A stretch of DNA of 64,000 bases from Acidobacteriota bacterium (lineage in GTDB: Bacteria > Acidobacteriota > Polarisedimenticolia > Polarisedimenticolales > JBBIHH01), in assembly GCA_037447115.1 (NCBI GenBank), contig JBBIHH010000001.1, positions 178,797-242,796 of the forward strand, given 5' to 3'. Positions 32,021-42,084 of the stretch are shown piece after piece (positions within the stretch are counted from its first letter, which is position 1; each line of letters starts with the position of its first letter). The notes beneath the pieces are model-generated. The model worked only from the letters and a program-made list of their open reading frames with translations. It made no database searches and was not told where the DNA came from. The position numbers were made by a program, and so were the translations under genes.

Positions 32021-34990
32021 TCAGCGGCAGGTCTTCCGTCCGGAGGGCCCCTTGCACTTGCCGGAGCAGCACTCGCTGTCGAAGGTGCAAGCTGCCCCGG
32101 AAGGCAACAGCGTGCACGCGCACGCCGGATCGGTGCCGCAGTCCGCGTCGTCGCAATCGGCGAGGCCGTCGCAGTCCTCGTCGAGACCATCGGTGCAGGA
32201 GACCTCGTTCGCCGGGGCCGGGCCGCAGTCGCCCGGGCAACTGCAGGAATTCTCGCCCGGGTCGCAGACGGCGTTGCCGCAGTCGGGCGGCGCGCCGCAG
32301 TCGATCTCGCAGTTGCCGGTCGTCTCGTCGCCCTCGCACGCACCGTCGCCGCAGCAAGAAGCAGGCGCAGGGAGGTTCGTGCAGCGGAAACCTCCGCTCG
32401 TGCAGCGGCCGTCGGAGCATGTCACGGGGTTCTGGCCGGAGGTGCCGTCGCCGCAGCAGAAGCGGCCACCGGGCTTGCCCGCCTGCTGTCCGTTGCAGTC
32501 CGCCGGGCAGCTCAGGCAGTCCTCGCCGTCCGCCGTCTCGCAGATACCGTTGCCGCACGCGGCCGTCGTGCCGCTGCGGCAGTCGCCGGGGCAGCTCGCG
32601 CAGTCCTCGAAGGCCTCGCACACGCCGTCGTCGTCGCACGTGGGGCAGCCCGTACAGCTCGCGAAGTCGAAGGTGCAATCCGGGTTGCACGCCAGGGTTC
32701 CGCCGCTGCAGCCCTCGCTAGCGCACGTGGCACCGCCGAGATCCGTCCCGTCGCAATCCTCCCGGCCCTCGCGCACGCCGTTGCCGCAGACACCGGCGTC
32801 GAGCACCGCCCCCGTCACCACCAGGGCGAACGCCACGTCGTCCTCCGGCGTGTCGAGATGCGCGTCCTGGTTCACCTCGGCGGCCGAGACCTTGACCCTC
32901 CACACGCCCGCTTCCGGGGAGGCGACGAACACGTTCTCCACCGTGTCCACGCGGTTGGGCGCGCCGCCGGGCACGGAATAGTTCCCCGCGTCGAGGCCCA
33001 CGTTGCCGTGGTAGACGGTCCCCGAGGGCGAGGTCACCTGGAGGTCGAGGTCGTTGATGCGGTGCAGGCTGGATGAGGTCGTCCCCGGTGGGTCCGGGTA
33101 GACCATCGTCACCTTCAGCTCGCTCTCCGCCGCCTCGACGACGACGTCGTAGGTCACGGTCTCGCCGAGGACGAGCGGTTCCTCCTCGTCCACGACGAAG
33201 CTGCGCGGCGCGCGCTCCTGTGCGACGCGCACGCTCGGGCGCCCCCACCCCTGGTGCGTGCGGGTCAGGTCGTGGTTGGTGCCCTGGAAGGGATACTGCT
33301 GCGCGTGGTTGATCAACAGCGCCTTGATCGTGGAAAAATGGGGCTGCTTCTCGAAAACCGTGTTTCCCTGCGGATCCGTGCCCCACACGTTGTCGGCCCA
33401 CATCTGTACCATCAGCCCCAGCACGCCGGCCACCTCGGGCGTGGCGGCGGAAGTACCGCCGAAGGTGCTCGTGTAACCGTTGCCCGTCGTGGTCGTGTAG
33501 ATGCTGTCGTACCAGTAGTGGAGGTCCGGCTTGATCCGCCCGTCCTCCGCAGGACCGATGGAGGCACCGAAGTTCCACGCATCGTCGGAGGTGTCCAGCG
33601 TGTCGAAGTGGCGGATCCCGCCGACGGAAATGACGTTCTTGGCCCACGCCTCGGGCCGGCTGTCCTGGTTGCCCGCGTTCGACTGCGACTGCGTGATCGC
33701 GATGTCGAGCCGCCAGATGATGTCGTCCATCTCGAAGGAGAAAGAGTTGTAGCTTCGGGTGCGCGCGCTGCCCCAGGAGTTCGTCTGGAACGAGGCGAAG
33801 TAAGGCGCGCCCTTCAGCTCCTGAGTGTGGGCGAAGCGGTCGACCACGTTGTCGAAATCCGCGAAGATCCCCTGGGCTCCGGGGCAGGGCATGTGGCCCG
33901 TGCCCTTGGCGTCGCCGTCGCCGTCACGCGCGCCGTTGCCGAAGACGATGCCGTAGGTGCTCGTCCCGTGGCTCGCGACGCTGGCCGGGGTGTGCATGAG
34001 GATGCCGTCGAAGTCCTGGTGCGTCTGCTCGATCCCGCTGTCCATCACCTCGCCGCGCACGCCCTGACCGCAGCGGCCGAAGCTGGTCTCGAGCCAGTTC
34101 GCGCCCGAGTCCTCGCGCACGAGATCCATGTCCGTCTCGGGCGGGCTCCAACGATCCACCCACAGCACGTCGTCGTGCGCCGCGACGGCCCCGAGTTGTC
34201 CCGGCGTCAGCCACAGCTCGAGGACGTGCCCGCTGGGCCACAGCGCCGCCACACGGCCGCCGAGCGCCAGGGCCGCCGCCGCGATCCGCTCCTTCGCTTC
34301 GGGGCCCCACTCGAGAGCCACGACGCGCAGGCGCTTGACCTCCGCCGGATCGCCCCGCGCGATCCAATCGAGCAGCTCCGGCTCGAGGCGGTACGCCGGA
34401 TGGTAGGGCTCGACGCGCTCGACGAAGTCCAGAGCGCGGACCCGCTCGAGCCGCGAGGGATCGAGACGCACGATGTGCGCGTTGTAGGGCACGTAAACGT
34501 GGACCTCCGCGCCCGCCTCGCGCAGGGCCTGGCGCCACTCGGGCAGGCCGATCGTCTTGAACTGGACGATGAACAGCCGCCCCCCGGCTGGAAGGGCGAG
34601 GCCCTCGGACACCTCGGGAGAAGGCGCCCCCGGCCGAAGCGGCCCGTAGCGCAATCGCACGGTTCCCTCGAAGGCACGGGCCTCGGACCACGAGCGACCG
34701 CCCTCGCGCCCGTACGCGAACCAGGCGCCGTGGCCCTCCTCGAGCCACCGGGCGAACGCGGCTCGCCCCGCGGGATCCCAACCCGCGTCGAGGGGCATCA
34801 ACTTCCGGGAGCTCTCGCGCAGCAGGACGCGGGCCGGGGGCGGTCCCGCGAGTTCGACCCAAAGTCGGTGGGTCCCCTGCTCCTCTTCCACCACGAGCCT
34901 CGGCGGTTCGGACGCCTCGGCCGCGGACACCCCGAGGCTCCAGGACAACACGATGGCAAGAGTCGCGACGCGGAACGGACGGAGTTTCAT
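32021..34990 (-). CDS. secreted S8 (subtilisin-like) serine peptidase with long pro-region and C-terminal Cys-rich repeat domain
   Basis: 989 aa from ATG 34990 with a signal peptide MKLRPFRVATLAIVLSWSLGVSAAEA. The triad contexts are ..VMDSGIEQTH.., ..ASHGTSTYGIV.. and ..FGGTSAATPEVAG... The C-terminal 260 aa is packed with Cys (..VCGNGVREGREDCDG.. style repeats). Confidence 0.9.
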   Translation of the reverse strand: MKLRPFRVATLAIVLSWSLGVSAAEASEPPRLVVEEEQGTHRLWVELAGPPPARVLLRESSRKLMPLDAGWDPAGRAAFARWLEEGHGAWFAYGREGGRSWSEARAFEGTVRLRYGPLRPGAPSPEVSEGLALPAGGRLFIVQFKTIGLPEWRQALREAGAEVHVYVPYNAHIVRLDPSRLERVRALDFVERVEPYHPAYRLEPELLDWIARGDPAEVKRLRVVALEWGPEAKERIAAAALALGGRVAALWPSGHVLELWLTPGQLGAVAAHDDVLWVDRWSPPETDMDLVREDSGANWLETSFGRCGQGVRGEVMDSGIEQTHQDFDGILMHTPASVASHGTSTYGIVFGNGARDGDGDAKGTGHMPCPGAQGIFADFDNVVDRFAHTQELKGAPYFASFQTNSWGSARTRSYNSFSFEMDDIIWRLDIAITQSQSNAGNQDSRPEAWAKNVISVGGIRHFDTLDTSDDAWNFGASIGPAEDGRIKPDLHYWYDSIYTTTTGNGYTSTFGGTSAATPEVAGVLGLMVQMWADNVWGTDPQGNTVFEKQPHFSTIKALLINHAQQYPFQGTNHDLTRTHQGWGRPSVRVAQERAPRSFVVDEEEPLVLGETVTYDVVVEAAESELKVTMVYPDPPGTTSSSLHRINDLDLQVTSPSGTVYHGNVGLDAGNYSVPGGAPNRVDTVENVFVASPEAGVWRVKVSAAEVNQDAHLDTPEDDVAFALVVTGAVLDAGVCGNGVREGREDCDGTDLGGATCASEGCSGGTLACNPDCTFDFASCTGCPTCDDDGVCEAFEDCASCPGDCRSGTTAACGNGICETADGEDCLSCPADCNGQQAGKPGGRFCCGDGTSGQNPVTCSDGRCTSGGFRCTNLPAPASCCGDGACEGDETTGNCEIDCGAPPDCGNAVCDPGENSCSCPGDCGPAPANEVSCTDGLDEDCDGLADCDDADCGTDPACACTLLPSGAACTFDSECCSGKCKGPSGRKTCR

Positions 34991-35025
34991 AGCCCCCCCT
35001 TTTCGGCGCGGTCGCCCGCGGCCGG

Positions 35026-35054
35026 ATTGTACGGTTGGGATGGGGGAGCGACAA
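35026..35054 (-). promoter_or_regulatory. candidate sigma70-type promoter for the S8 peptidase gene
   Basis: The minus strand reads TTGTCG - 17 nt - TACAAT, about 35 nt upstream of ATG 34990. Confidence 0.35.
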
Positions 35055-35103
35055 GGCCGAACTCGAGCGCCGCCGCGCGCGCGGGCGAGAACGGCCCGAT
35101 CTC

Positions 35104-37236
35104 TCAGGGAGCGCAGAGATCGGCACCCGCGCGGCAGCCCCAGCCACTTGCCAGGATCGCGAGATCGTCCCCCGTGACGCATCCGTCGCGGTCGTAGTCC
35201 ACGGGGGCCCACCACGCGCTCGCAGGGGCGGGGCTGCACGCCCCGAAGGCTCTCCCGATCCAGGCCAGCTCGGCTCCGTCCACGCGGCCGTCCCCTGTGG
35301 CGTCCAGATCCTCGCAGCGCGCCTCGTCGGCGAGGCTGTCGCAGTCGTTGTCGAGACCGTCGCAAATGTCGAAGGCGCCCGGATAGACCGAGGGCTGGTT
35401 GGGCGCGCAGTCCCCGCAGGGCAAGCCGGGCGTGCAACCGCTCGCGCAGCGCGCCACGCCATCGCCGTCCGGGTCGGCGCAGTCTTCGGCGCAGTCGGCA
35501 TCCCCCGCATCCGCCGCGCCGTCGCAGTCGTTGTCTTGCCCGTCCCCGCACGTCCGGCCCTCGTCCGAGGCCTCGCGCGAGTCGCCGGTCGCGTCGGAGC
35601 AAGTCTGCAAGCCCGCCGCGCAGGCATAGACTCCCTCGGCACAGGCATCGCTGTCCGCACCGTCGCAGGCGGCGCCGAACCAGCTCTCCGCTGTGCCGTC
35701 GGCGGTCGCCTCGTCGCAGTCGTCGTCGGCGCCGTTGCAGGCCTCGAGCGCTCCGGGATGGCGCGACCCGTGCGCGTCGTCGCAGTCCCCGCACGCGGCG
35801 CCCGCCGGCGGCGTGCAGGCGCCATCGCAGACGGCGAAGCCGTCCGCGTCCGCATCGGGGCAGAGGTTCGACGGCACCCACCGGCGCACGACGACGGTCA
35901 CCGGCGAAGCCTCCCGCGCGACGAGGGCCTCGGCGTCGGCCGCCTGCTCGTCGGGCGGAGCGTACTGCAGCAGGCGCGTCGCTTGGAACACGTGCAGATC
36001 GCCGGCCGTACCGGGGTCGGTGTTCGGGATCGGCCCGTTGCGCCAGGGGCCGCTCGCCGCGTACTCGTGGGCGTCGCCCGTGCACTGCGTCACCTCGGGG
36101 ATCTCGCGGTCGGAGTAGTAATGCGTGAAGCTCGGATCCGGAATGTCCGTCACGATCCGGTGCACGTGGACGATCGTTCCCGGCGCCCCCGTGATCATCT
36201 CCCACGCGACCTCCCCCGCCACGAGCGCGTCCTGCACGCCGTCCACCGGGACGCCCTGGAGGTTGAGCGCGTCGGCGTAGCGCATGCCCAGCGCCTGAGG
36301 GGAGTAATCGAAGTAGTCCACCACGCCCGGGATCTCGTGCACCCGAAGATCCGTGACGACGACCTCCCGCGTGGAATAGAAGAGGTGCGTGCGTTGCGTG
36401 AACGGACCGCTGTTCGCGCCGATGTAGCTGCGGATGGCACGCAGGGGGCCGGCGCGGTTCGTCACGAACGCACCCTCGCCGAGGCTGAAGGTGTCCTCCG
36501 TGCGCTGGCACAATCCCGGGCCGAAGCCGGACTTGTGCCGGTCGAGAACGTCCACGCCAGCGGCGCCGCCGAGCGTCACCGCGGTGGCGTCGCGGATCCA
36601 GCGGTCCGCGAAGTGCACGCGGTAGGCGGTCGTCACGACCTCCGTGTCCTCCGGGTTGGGGCCTCGATCGAGCTTGTAGGTCGTCTTGTAATCGCCGGAG
36701 AGCAAGCGGAATGCGTACTGCACGCGCGCCTCGCCAGCCGAGGGATCGAGACTTCCGTCGCTCGCGAACAGGTAGATCCACGCCGTGCCGCCCGTGAGGG
36801 GATCGGCGAGCTCGAGCTCGATGCCACTACCCGAGGCGGTGCCCGGGGGCGCGGGGCTCTCCGGGGCGGCGCGGCCGCCGGCATCGCGCGCCATGACCAC
36901 GAGCTCGTCGTCGGCGTCGAAGGTCGCATCCGGGTCGGCGCCGGTGAAGGTTCCCGGATCGCTGTAGGCGAGCACGGTGTGGCCGAAGGGAGCCGAGTTG
37001 TAGATGGTGCCGAAATCCACCCACGCCCGTTCGTCCACCTGGACGGGGATCTGGATCCAGCCCGACTCGTACCGGAACCCTACGATCCGTTGCGGACGTT
37101 CGCCGAGGAAGGAGGGCAGCGCGGCTCCCGCGAGGACGAGCGGTTCGTCCTCGCGGCCGACGAGCGCCGCCGCGGCGGGAGCGGCGGCGAGCAGGACACC
37201 CAGCAGGACCAGCCCGCGCGCGATCTCGATCTCCAA
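35104..37236 (-). CDS. secreted protein: unknown N-terminal domain, MopE-like putative metal-binding Cys/Asp repeats, dockerin-like C-terminus
   Basis: About 710 aa from TTG 37236 (GGAGG 8 nt upstream; the start is approximate) with a signal peptide ..LVLLGVLLAAAPAAAA... The repeats read ..CDDAHGSRHPGALEACNGADDDCD.., ..GDGQDNDCDG.. and ..CAPNQPSVYPGAFDICDGLDNDCD... The tail reads ..DATGDGRVDGAELAWI.. ..DYDRDGCVTGDDLAIL... Confidence 0.7.
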   Translation of the reverse strand: MEIEIARGLVLLGVLLAAAPAAAALVGREDEPLVLAGAALPSFLGERPQRIVGFRYESGWIQIPVQVDERAWVDFGTIYNSAPFGHTVLAYSDPGTFTGADPDATFDADDELVVMARDAGGRAAPESPAPPGTASGSGIELELADPLTGGTAWIYLFASDGSLDPSAGEARVQYAFRLLSGDYKTTYKLDRGPNPEDTEVVTTAYRVHFADRWIRDATAVTLGGAAGVDVLDRHKSGFGPGLCQRTEDTFSLGEGAFVTNRAGPLRAIRSYIGANSGPFTQRTHLFYSTREVVVTDLRVHEIPGVVDYFDYSPQALGMRYADALNLQGVPVDGVQDALVAGEVAWEMITGAPGTIVHVHRIVTDIPDPSFTHYYSDREIPEVTQCTGDAHEYAASGPWRNGPIPNTDPGTAGDLHVFQATRLLQYAPPDEQAADAEALVAREASPVTVVVRRWVPSNLCPDADADGFAVCDGACTPPAGAACGDCDDAHGSRHPGALEACNGADDDCDEATADGTAESWFGAACDGADSDACAEGVYACAAGLQTCSDATGDSREASDEGRTCGDGQDNDCDGAADAGDADCAEDCADPDGDGVARCASGCTPGLPCGDCAPNQPSVYPGAFDICDGLDNDCDSLADEARCEDLDATGDGRVDGAELAWIGRAFGACSPAPASAWWAPVDYDRDGCVTGDDLAILASGWGCRAGADLCAP

Positions 37237-37361
37237 GCGGCTCGCCTCCGCCCGCACCCCGCTTCGCACGCGCTGAACCCCCACGCTGCGGCCCCGACGC
37301 ACCGCCACCGAATATAGGCGCGGGGCAAAGGCGCCGCCACGCGCGAGCTGCCCGCGGCGCC

Positions 37362-38075
37362 TCAGCGCTCGGGGCCGCGATCCGCGAAAGCGTCGTAGAC
37401 GGACACGGCCCACAGGGCGGCGGCCGCCGCACCGCGCCAGGCGGGGGCAGCGAGCATCTCCCATGCGGCGGGCCGGTCGAGCCGCAGCTCCTGCAGCAGC
37501 CTCGCGAACGGGGCCGAGGCGACAAACCACAACCCGGCGAGCGCCCACAGACCCGCCAGCAGCACCGCGCCGCGCACGATGCGCCCCCGTGCCCATGCAC
37601 CCCATCCGGGAACGATCGCGGACACGAGCGCAGCCAGCGCCGGCGACACGTATCCTCCGCGGCGCCGGCGCGCTTCGACCACGCAGCTCCCGACGTGCAC
37701 GGCAGCCCCCAGGGTCCCGCAGGTGAGCCACACCCAGAGGATCGGTGCCGCCGACACGCCGAACAGCTCCAGCGTGGCGGCCAACCGCTCGCGGGTCTCC
37801 CACACCGCCCAGGCGAGCGCCGCCAGAAACGCGAGCCACACGGAAGGCAGCAGCCCGGCGGCGACTTCGCTGGCACGGAGGCGGCCCGAGCGGGGGAACA
37901 GGAGCATCGCGCCCGACGCCAGGACTCTCCCCAAACCTTCCACCGGATGGCGCGTTGCGGGCGCGGGGATGTCCTGGACCTGCGCGGGTCGGACCGCGGG
38001 CCTCGGGGATCGCGGCACGGGCGTGCGCCCCGCTCGCGCGTCGAGGTCCCCGAGATCGTAAACGTGCGTCTCCAT
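37362..38075 (-). CDS. hypothetical multi-pass membrane protein
   Basis: 237 aa from ATG 38075 with a soluble Pro/Arg-rich N-terminus followed by about five hydrophobic segments. Confidence 0.5.
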   Translation of the reverse strand: METHVYDLGDLDARAGRTPVPRSPRPAVRPAQVQDIPAPATRHPVEGLGRVLASGAMLLFPRSGRLRASEVAAGLLPSVWLAFLAALAWAVWETRERLAATLELFGVSAAPILWVWLTCGTLGAAVHVGSCVVEARRRRGGYVSPALAALVSAIVPGWGAWARGRIVRGAVLLAGLWALAGLWFVASAPFARLLQELRLDRPAAWEMLAAPAWRGAAAAALWAVSVYDAFADRGPER

Positions 38076-38172
38076 CGCCGCCTCGGCTCCGGGGAGCGCA
38101 CGAGCGAGCAAACGCTGCGCCGGCCGAGGGGGCGCACGGACGCGCCCGGGCGCGCCGGGGATGACGAAACCG

Positions 38173-39393
38173 TTATCGCGGCGGCGGCGTTGTCGGACGA
38201 GCCGTGCCCGCGCGCCGCCGGGCACCGAGCGCGTGCGCCAGGAGGCCGACGGCCAGCCCCACAAGAAAGCCCTGGGGCAGCGCAAAGGCCAGCGCACCCA
38301 CGAGCAGCGCCAGAAACATCTCCGAGCGCACTTGGGCCACGTCGCGCAGGAGGACCATCAGCGCCAGCCCCTCGAAAAGCAACACCACGCCGAGCACCGG
38401 CAGCGGGAAGATCTCCACCACCTGATGCGCGACCCCGCTGAGAAACAAGCCGATCAGCAGGTAGAGGGCCCCGTAGATGACGGCCGATCCGCCCGTGCGA
38501 GCGCCGAAGGTGTAATGACCCGCCAGGCCGCCGCACCCGTGGCACACCGGAACGCCGCCGAAGAACGGGTTGATCAGATTGGCTAGGGCGTAAGTCCAGC
38601 CGATGCGTCCGACGCGGATCCTCCGCTCGGGAAACAAATCCCGCAGCAACCGGTGGGTCGCGATGACGGAGTTGGAAAGCGAAAGCGGCAACTGGGGCAG
38701 CGCCAGCACGAAAAACCCGCTCGCCACGGCCTCCCAGGAAGGCACGCGGACCTTCGGGAGGTGCAGGCCCACGCCCTCCGCGATCGTTCCCATCTCGAGC
38801 CGGAACGACACCGCGTAGAGCGCGCCCACGCCGATGACGAACAGGGCCGGCGGCAGGCGCCGGTTGCCCAGGAGCGCGAGGGTCAGCGCGAAGCCAAGTG
38901 CCGCGAGGACGTAGCCGGCCGTCCCCATGGCGTGGACGTAGTCCCCCAGAGCGAGCGAAGCGAGCTTCAGGCCGAGGCCGAACTGGATGCCGCGCACGAC
39001 CGCGTGAGGGATCAGGCGCGCGAGCCGCTCGAGCGAGCCCGTGGCGGCGAGCGCCAGCATGGCCCCCCCGATCGCCAGCCCGCCGCCGTACAGCACCTCC
39101 GCGCCGAGGTGCTGCGTGATGACGAGTACCGCCATCGCCTTCAGGGGTTGCATGGGCATGGGCAGCCCGTAGGCGAGCCCGGTGAGGATCTGCATCAGGC
39201 CGAACATGCAGAAAACGCTGGCCGTGTCGAGTCCCGCCGCCGGGATCATCGCCGCCAGCAGAGGCAGGTCGGTGCCGATGTCCCCGAAGCTCCCGGCCAG
39301 CTCGTTGCGGTCGAAGCGCACGCGCCGCCCGAGCCACGCGCGCAGCCATCCTCGCGGCCGGTGTTTCCCGTCCTGTGGAGCTCGCGGACGCAC
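38173..39393 (-). CDS. putative sulfate/molybdate transporter (MOT2-like family)
   Basis: 406 aa with ..RFDRNELAGSFGDIGTDLPLL.. near the N-terminus and about ten TM segments. The GTG start is uncertain. Confidence 0.7.
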   Translation of the reverse strand: MRPRAPQDGKHRPRGWLRAWLGRRVRFDRNELAGSFGDIGTDLPLLAAMIPAAGLDTASVFCMFGLMQILTGLAYGLPMPMQPLKAMAVLVITQHLGAEVLYGGGLAIGGAMLALAATGSLERLARLIPHAVVRGIQFGLGLKLASLALGDYVHAMGTAGYVLAALGFALTLALLGNRRLPPALFVIGVGALYAVSFRLEMGTIAEGVGLHLPKVRVPSWEAVASGFFVLALPQLPLSLSNSVIATHRLLRDLFPERRIRVGRIGWTYALANLINPFFGGVPVCHGCGGLAGHYTFGARTGGSAVIYGALYLLIGLFLSGVAHQVVEIFPLPVLGVVLLFEGLALMVLLRDVAQVRSEMFLALLVGALAFALPQGFLVGLAVGLLAHALGARRRAGTARPTTPPPR

Positions 39394-39447
39394 GCCGCCT
39401 ATCCTGGCCGCGGCGGCGGGGCTGTCAAGGGAGCGCTGGAGCGAGGC

Positions 39448-42084
39448 TCAGCGCCGCGCGAGGCGGCGGCGCAAGCGGCGCCAGTGCGCCGCGGCCGGCC
39501 GGGCGAAGCCGCGCTTGACCCACGCCTCCTCCGGGAGGAGCGCCCGGTGGCGGGAAGGCTGGACCTTGCGGTAGACCTCGCGCGGCGGCCGGGGCCGGCC
39601 GTCCACTTCCAGCAAGCGCGCCACGGGAATGCCGAACCAGCGCGCGTTCTTCTCCAAGCAGGGAAGCATCGCCTGCCAGTCGCCCTCGCCGAGCGGCACG
39701 ATCTCGCCTCCGTTGAGCTGATCTTCGCCCACGGTCCCGTACGGGTCGCGCACGTAGATCGCACCCCCCGAGGCGAGCGAGAAGAGGTTGCCCCCCGGGT
39801 AGGGCGTGGGAAGCTCGACGATGCGGCCGTCGTCGTCGAAAGCGATCCCGTTGAGAATGACGAAGCCACCCCCGTTGAGCGGATCGCCGGCCATGAACGA
39901 CTCGGCGAGGTAGTCGAGGCAGGTGCCGTTGATCACCACGCGCGGGCTGCCCACGGCGTTGATCAGCGGGCGGCCCGCCGCGTTGCCCAGGATGAACACC
40001 TCCCCTCCCTTGCCCGCGTACATGAACGTCTGGCCTACGTCGCCGTGAACCACCAGCGTGCCCCGGCGCATGATCTGCGCCATCTGATCCTGCCCCGAGG
40101 CATGGACGACGACCTCGGCGCCGTCGAGCCCCGAGGCCAGGTAGTCCCCCGGCGAGCCGTAGATCTCGAGGCGCACACCCGAAGACTCGGGGCCGAGACC
40201 GCAGCCGATGAAGCGCTGTCCCCGCGTGCGGGCCACGACCATCCGGCGGAAACCGCGCCGGTACTGCCGCACGATGGCCCGTGCCAGGCTTTCGGGGCCC
40301 TCGGGCGGAAAGCCGCGTGCATCCACCACGAGCGTCGTCTCGGCGTCACCCGGGGCGGGGGGCTCGGGCTCGCCCCAGCCGTACCAGCGCCAGCTCCCGT
40401 TCGGCGCGCGGCGCACGCCGTCCCACACCCGGCCCAATGCCTCCTCCACGAGCGCCAGCACGCCGCTGCGCTTCATCGAACCGGTCCCGTAGCGCCGGTC
40501 GAGCAGCCGCGTGAGGATCTCCACCACCGCGGCGCGCTCCCGCCCCGCAGCCCGCTCCACCAGCAGCTCGAGCGCACCCGCCAGCGTCTCGTAGTCCCAG
40601 TGCGGCACCCGTTCCACGAGCGCGGCGAAAACCTCCTCCGGCGGCCCCTCCCCCAGGCTCGGCGGCGCGTCCGTCGCCGCGACGCCCCGTCGAATCGCCC
40701 AGCGCGGCGGCCGCCGCGCGGGGTCCGGCTCGATGAGGCGGCCGAACTTGTCCGTGCAGGCGAGCTGAGGCGCGCCGCCGTTCTCGCGCGCCACCGTGAA
40801 CAGGAACGCCCCGCCGTCGGTATGGCTTCCGCCGCGGGCGTTCCAGTAGAGATCGGCCCGCGGCCAAAAGCGCGGATCGTCCGCGCTCAGGCTCTCGAGG
40901 GCGGCGTCGATGGCCTGCTTCTCCGAGGCGGCGAAGCCCACGGCCACCTCGCCGCGCTGCAGCGCGAAGACTTGAGGCCGCAGCATGGAGGTGTCCGTGA
41001 TTCCCATCAGCCGCACCACCTCGCGGGCAGGAAGGGACTGCGCGAGCAGGAAGAACCACGGCCCGTCGGGGGAGCCGCGCATGTGCAGCGCTTGCAGCCA
41101 GCCGTAGATCTCCCGGCGCGAAGCGGGAAGCATGCAGTAGTCCCGCTCCGTGGTGGGCGCCATGGCCTCGATGACGTACTCCGAAGGGTAGCCGTAGACG
41201 CGGTGCAGCAGGTCGTAAACCAGGACGGCCACCTCGGTGTCCGTGAGAAACAGGGGATAGATGCGCCGCTGCGCCAGGTACGCGCAGATGGAGGCGTAGT
41301 TGGCGAAGTCGCCGTTGTGCACGAGCGCCTCGTGCATGCCCGCGAAGGGGTGCGCCCCCCCGGGGTGCCAGACTTTGCCTTTCGTCGGGTAGCGGTGGTG
41401 GCCGATCCACACGTGGGCGCGCAGATCCTCGAGACGGTAATAGCGCACGACATCGTCGCCGTAGCCCACCATCTTGAGGATCAGCAGATCCTTGCCATGG
41501 GAGAGGACGAAGGCGCGCTTGTCGCCCGTCGCCGCGTAGAACGCGCGGTTGAGGCCGTAGGTATTCTGATAGACGATCTCGTCCTCGGCGGCGCTGCCCT
41601 CGGGCAGCCCGTGCCGCTCGCAGAAGGCGCGGCGCACGTCGGGTCGCACGCGCGCGAAATAGCCGACGACCGCGGGCGGCGTCACGTCGAGACCGGGGAT
41701 CGCTTCCCGGGCACCGAGGGTGGGAAACTCGAAGACCGCGTCCACCTCGAAGGTGGGCTCGATGGCCGTCCGTTCCACCTCGGGCCGGCACGCGGGATCG
41801 AGATAGGCCACCGCCAGCAGGTAGTCCTGGCGCAACCACGTCGGGGCAACGCCGAAGAACTCGGGATCGAGGCCCGCCGCGGCGATGCCGCCGCCCTTGC
41901 CGTTGCCGCGGTTGCGCATCTGCCGCAGGGCCTGGAGCAGGTGCCGGCCCGCCAGGGGCGTCTCGCAGGCGATGCCGATCACGCCGCAGCCGCCTTCGGC
42001 GTCGAGCTTGCGGCGCGCAATCTCCGCCGGCGCCGGCAGCTCGCGCCGCGACAGCAGCAGCCGTGTTGCGAGGTCCGCGCTCAT
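39448..42084 (-). CDS. glutamate-synthase-like protein: class II glutamine amidotransferase domain fused to GXGXG (GltB C-terminal) domain
   Basis: 878 aa from ATG 42084 (GGGAGG SD). An N-terminal Cys context ..EGGCGVIGIA.. is present. ..HHRYPTKGKVWHPGGAHPF.. is present. The GXGXG-like region reads ..GSPGDYLASGLDGAEVVVHASGQDQ.. ..VHGDVGQTFMYAGKGGEVFILGNAG... Confidence 0.85.
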   Translation of the reverse strand: MSADLATRLLLSRRELPAPAEIARRKLDAEGGCGVIGIACETPLAGRHLLQALRQMRNRGNGKGGGIAAAGLDPEFFGVAPTWLRQDYLLAVAYLDPACRPEVERTAIEPTFEVDAVFEFPTLGAREAIPGLDVTPPAVVGYFARVRPDVRRAFCERHGLPEGSAAEDEIVYQNTYGLNRAFYAATGDKRAFVLSHGKDLLILKMVGYGDDVVRYYRLEDLRAHVWIGHHRYPTKGKVWHPGGAHPFAGMHEALVHNGDFANYASICAYLAQRRIYPLFLTDTEVAVLVYDLLHRVYGYPSEYVIEAMAPTTERDYCMLPASRREIYGWLQALHMRGSPDGPWFFLLAQSLPAREVVRLMGITDTSMLRPQVFALQRGEVAVGFAASEKQAIDAALESLSADDPRFWPRADLYWNARGGSHTDGGAFLFTVARENGGAPQLACTDKFGRLIEPDPARRPPRWAIRRGVAATDAPPSLGEGPPEEVFAALVERVPHWDYETLAGALELLVERAAGRERAAVVEILTRLLDRRYGTGSMKRSGVLALVEEALGRVWDGVRRAPNGSWRWYGWGEPEPPAPGDAETTLVVDARGFPPEGPESLARAIVRQYRRGFRRMVVARTRGQRFIGCGLGPESSGVRLEIYGSPGDYLASGLDGAEVVVHASGQDQMAQIMRRGTLVVHGDVGQTFMYAGKGGEVFILGNAAGRPLINAVGSPRVVINGTCLDYLAESFMAGDPLNGGGFVILNGIAFDDDGRIVELPTPYPGGNLFSLASGGAIYVRDPYGTVGEDQLNGGEIVPLGEGDWQAMLPCLEKNARWFGIPVARLLEVDGRPRPPREVYRKVQPSRHRALLPEEAWVKRGFARPAAAHWRRLRRRLARR

